A stretch of DNA of 33,238 nt from a phage, in the NCBI GenBank assembly GCA_018175035.1, contig GCA_018175035.1_4099.2; one strand, written 5' to 3'. The notes under the pieces are model-generated. The model had not been told where the DNA came from, made no database searches, and saw only the letters and a program-made list of their open reading frames with translations. Made by a program: the position numbers and the translations under genes. Each line of letters begins with the position of its first letter. Positions within the stretch are counted from its first letter, which is position 1. This document shows positions 33,033 to 33,238 of this stretch, in pieces.

Positions 33033-33238
33033 ATGGAAAAATATGACATAATTTACGATTATTATGGTAAGGCTTATATGAAGTGTGGGCGTTATGTTGA
33101 ACTCTCTAATAGAGAATCAATAGATCCCCACACTCTTATAACAATTCATAATTCGTACTATAAAAAAGTTACAATAGCTAATTTCGCTACATACGTGAAT
33201 AATCCATTATTTCCTTACATTATTCAGTACTACTGTAG
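33033..33238 (+). CDS. Hypothetical protein, 5' end only (runs off window)
   Basis: ATG directly after upstream TAA; open to window end. Confidence 0.35.
   Translation, partial: MEKYDIIYDYYGKAYMKCGRYVELSNRESIDPHTLITIHNSYYKKVTIANFATYVNNPLFPYIIQYYC

Noticed and set aside
1-33238. tRNA genes, CRISPR array, integrase or transposase
   Set aside because: No tRNA-like T-arm motifs were seen in the few intergenic gaps; the repeated units are protein paralogs of different sequence, not short direct repeats with spacers; no recombinase-like ORF was seen.
1-33238. Possible depletion of GATC
   Set aside because: A quick hand count suggested fewer GATC sites than composition predicts, but the scan was not exhaustive and the deficit (about 2-3 fold) is too uncertain to report without exact counting.

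Overview
AT-rich (roughly one-third G+C by eye), very gene-dense bacteriophage DNA: about 80 closely packed ORFs, almost all on the + strand, many with overlapping stop/start codons (ATGA, TAATG) and Shine-Dalgarno motifs, punctuated by a few sigma70-like promoters and hairpin-plus-T-run terminators. The recognisable enzymes (RNA ligase 1, polynucleotide kinase/3'-phosphatase, ATP-dependent DNA ligase, dCMP deaminase, ClpP, PIN-PhoH, two metallophosphoesterases) indicate an early/nucleotide-metabolism region of a T4-like lytic phage, although the gene order differs from T4 as I remember it. No rRNA, tRNA, CRISPR array, integrase or transposase was found. Most notable: (i) the palindrome AGTACT / CAGTACTG is scattered through the whole window far above compositional expectation; (ii) a promoter-driven gene block at 23.1-28.4 kb combines a signal-peptide ClpP/S49-like peptidase, an HslV/proteasome-like hydrolase, a Sir2-family protein, a Nudix-like hydrolase, a receiver-like domain protein and PIN-PhoH; (iii) a large family of paralogous small proteins. 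All functional calls come from motif recognition by eye; no database search or computation was run, and all counts are hand counts.
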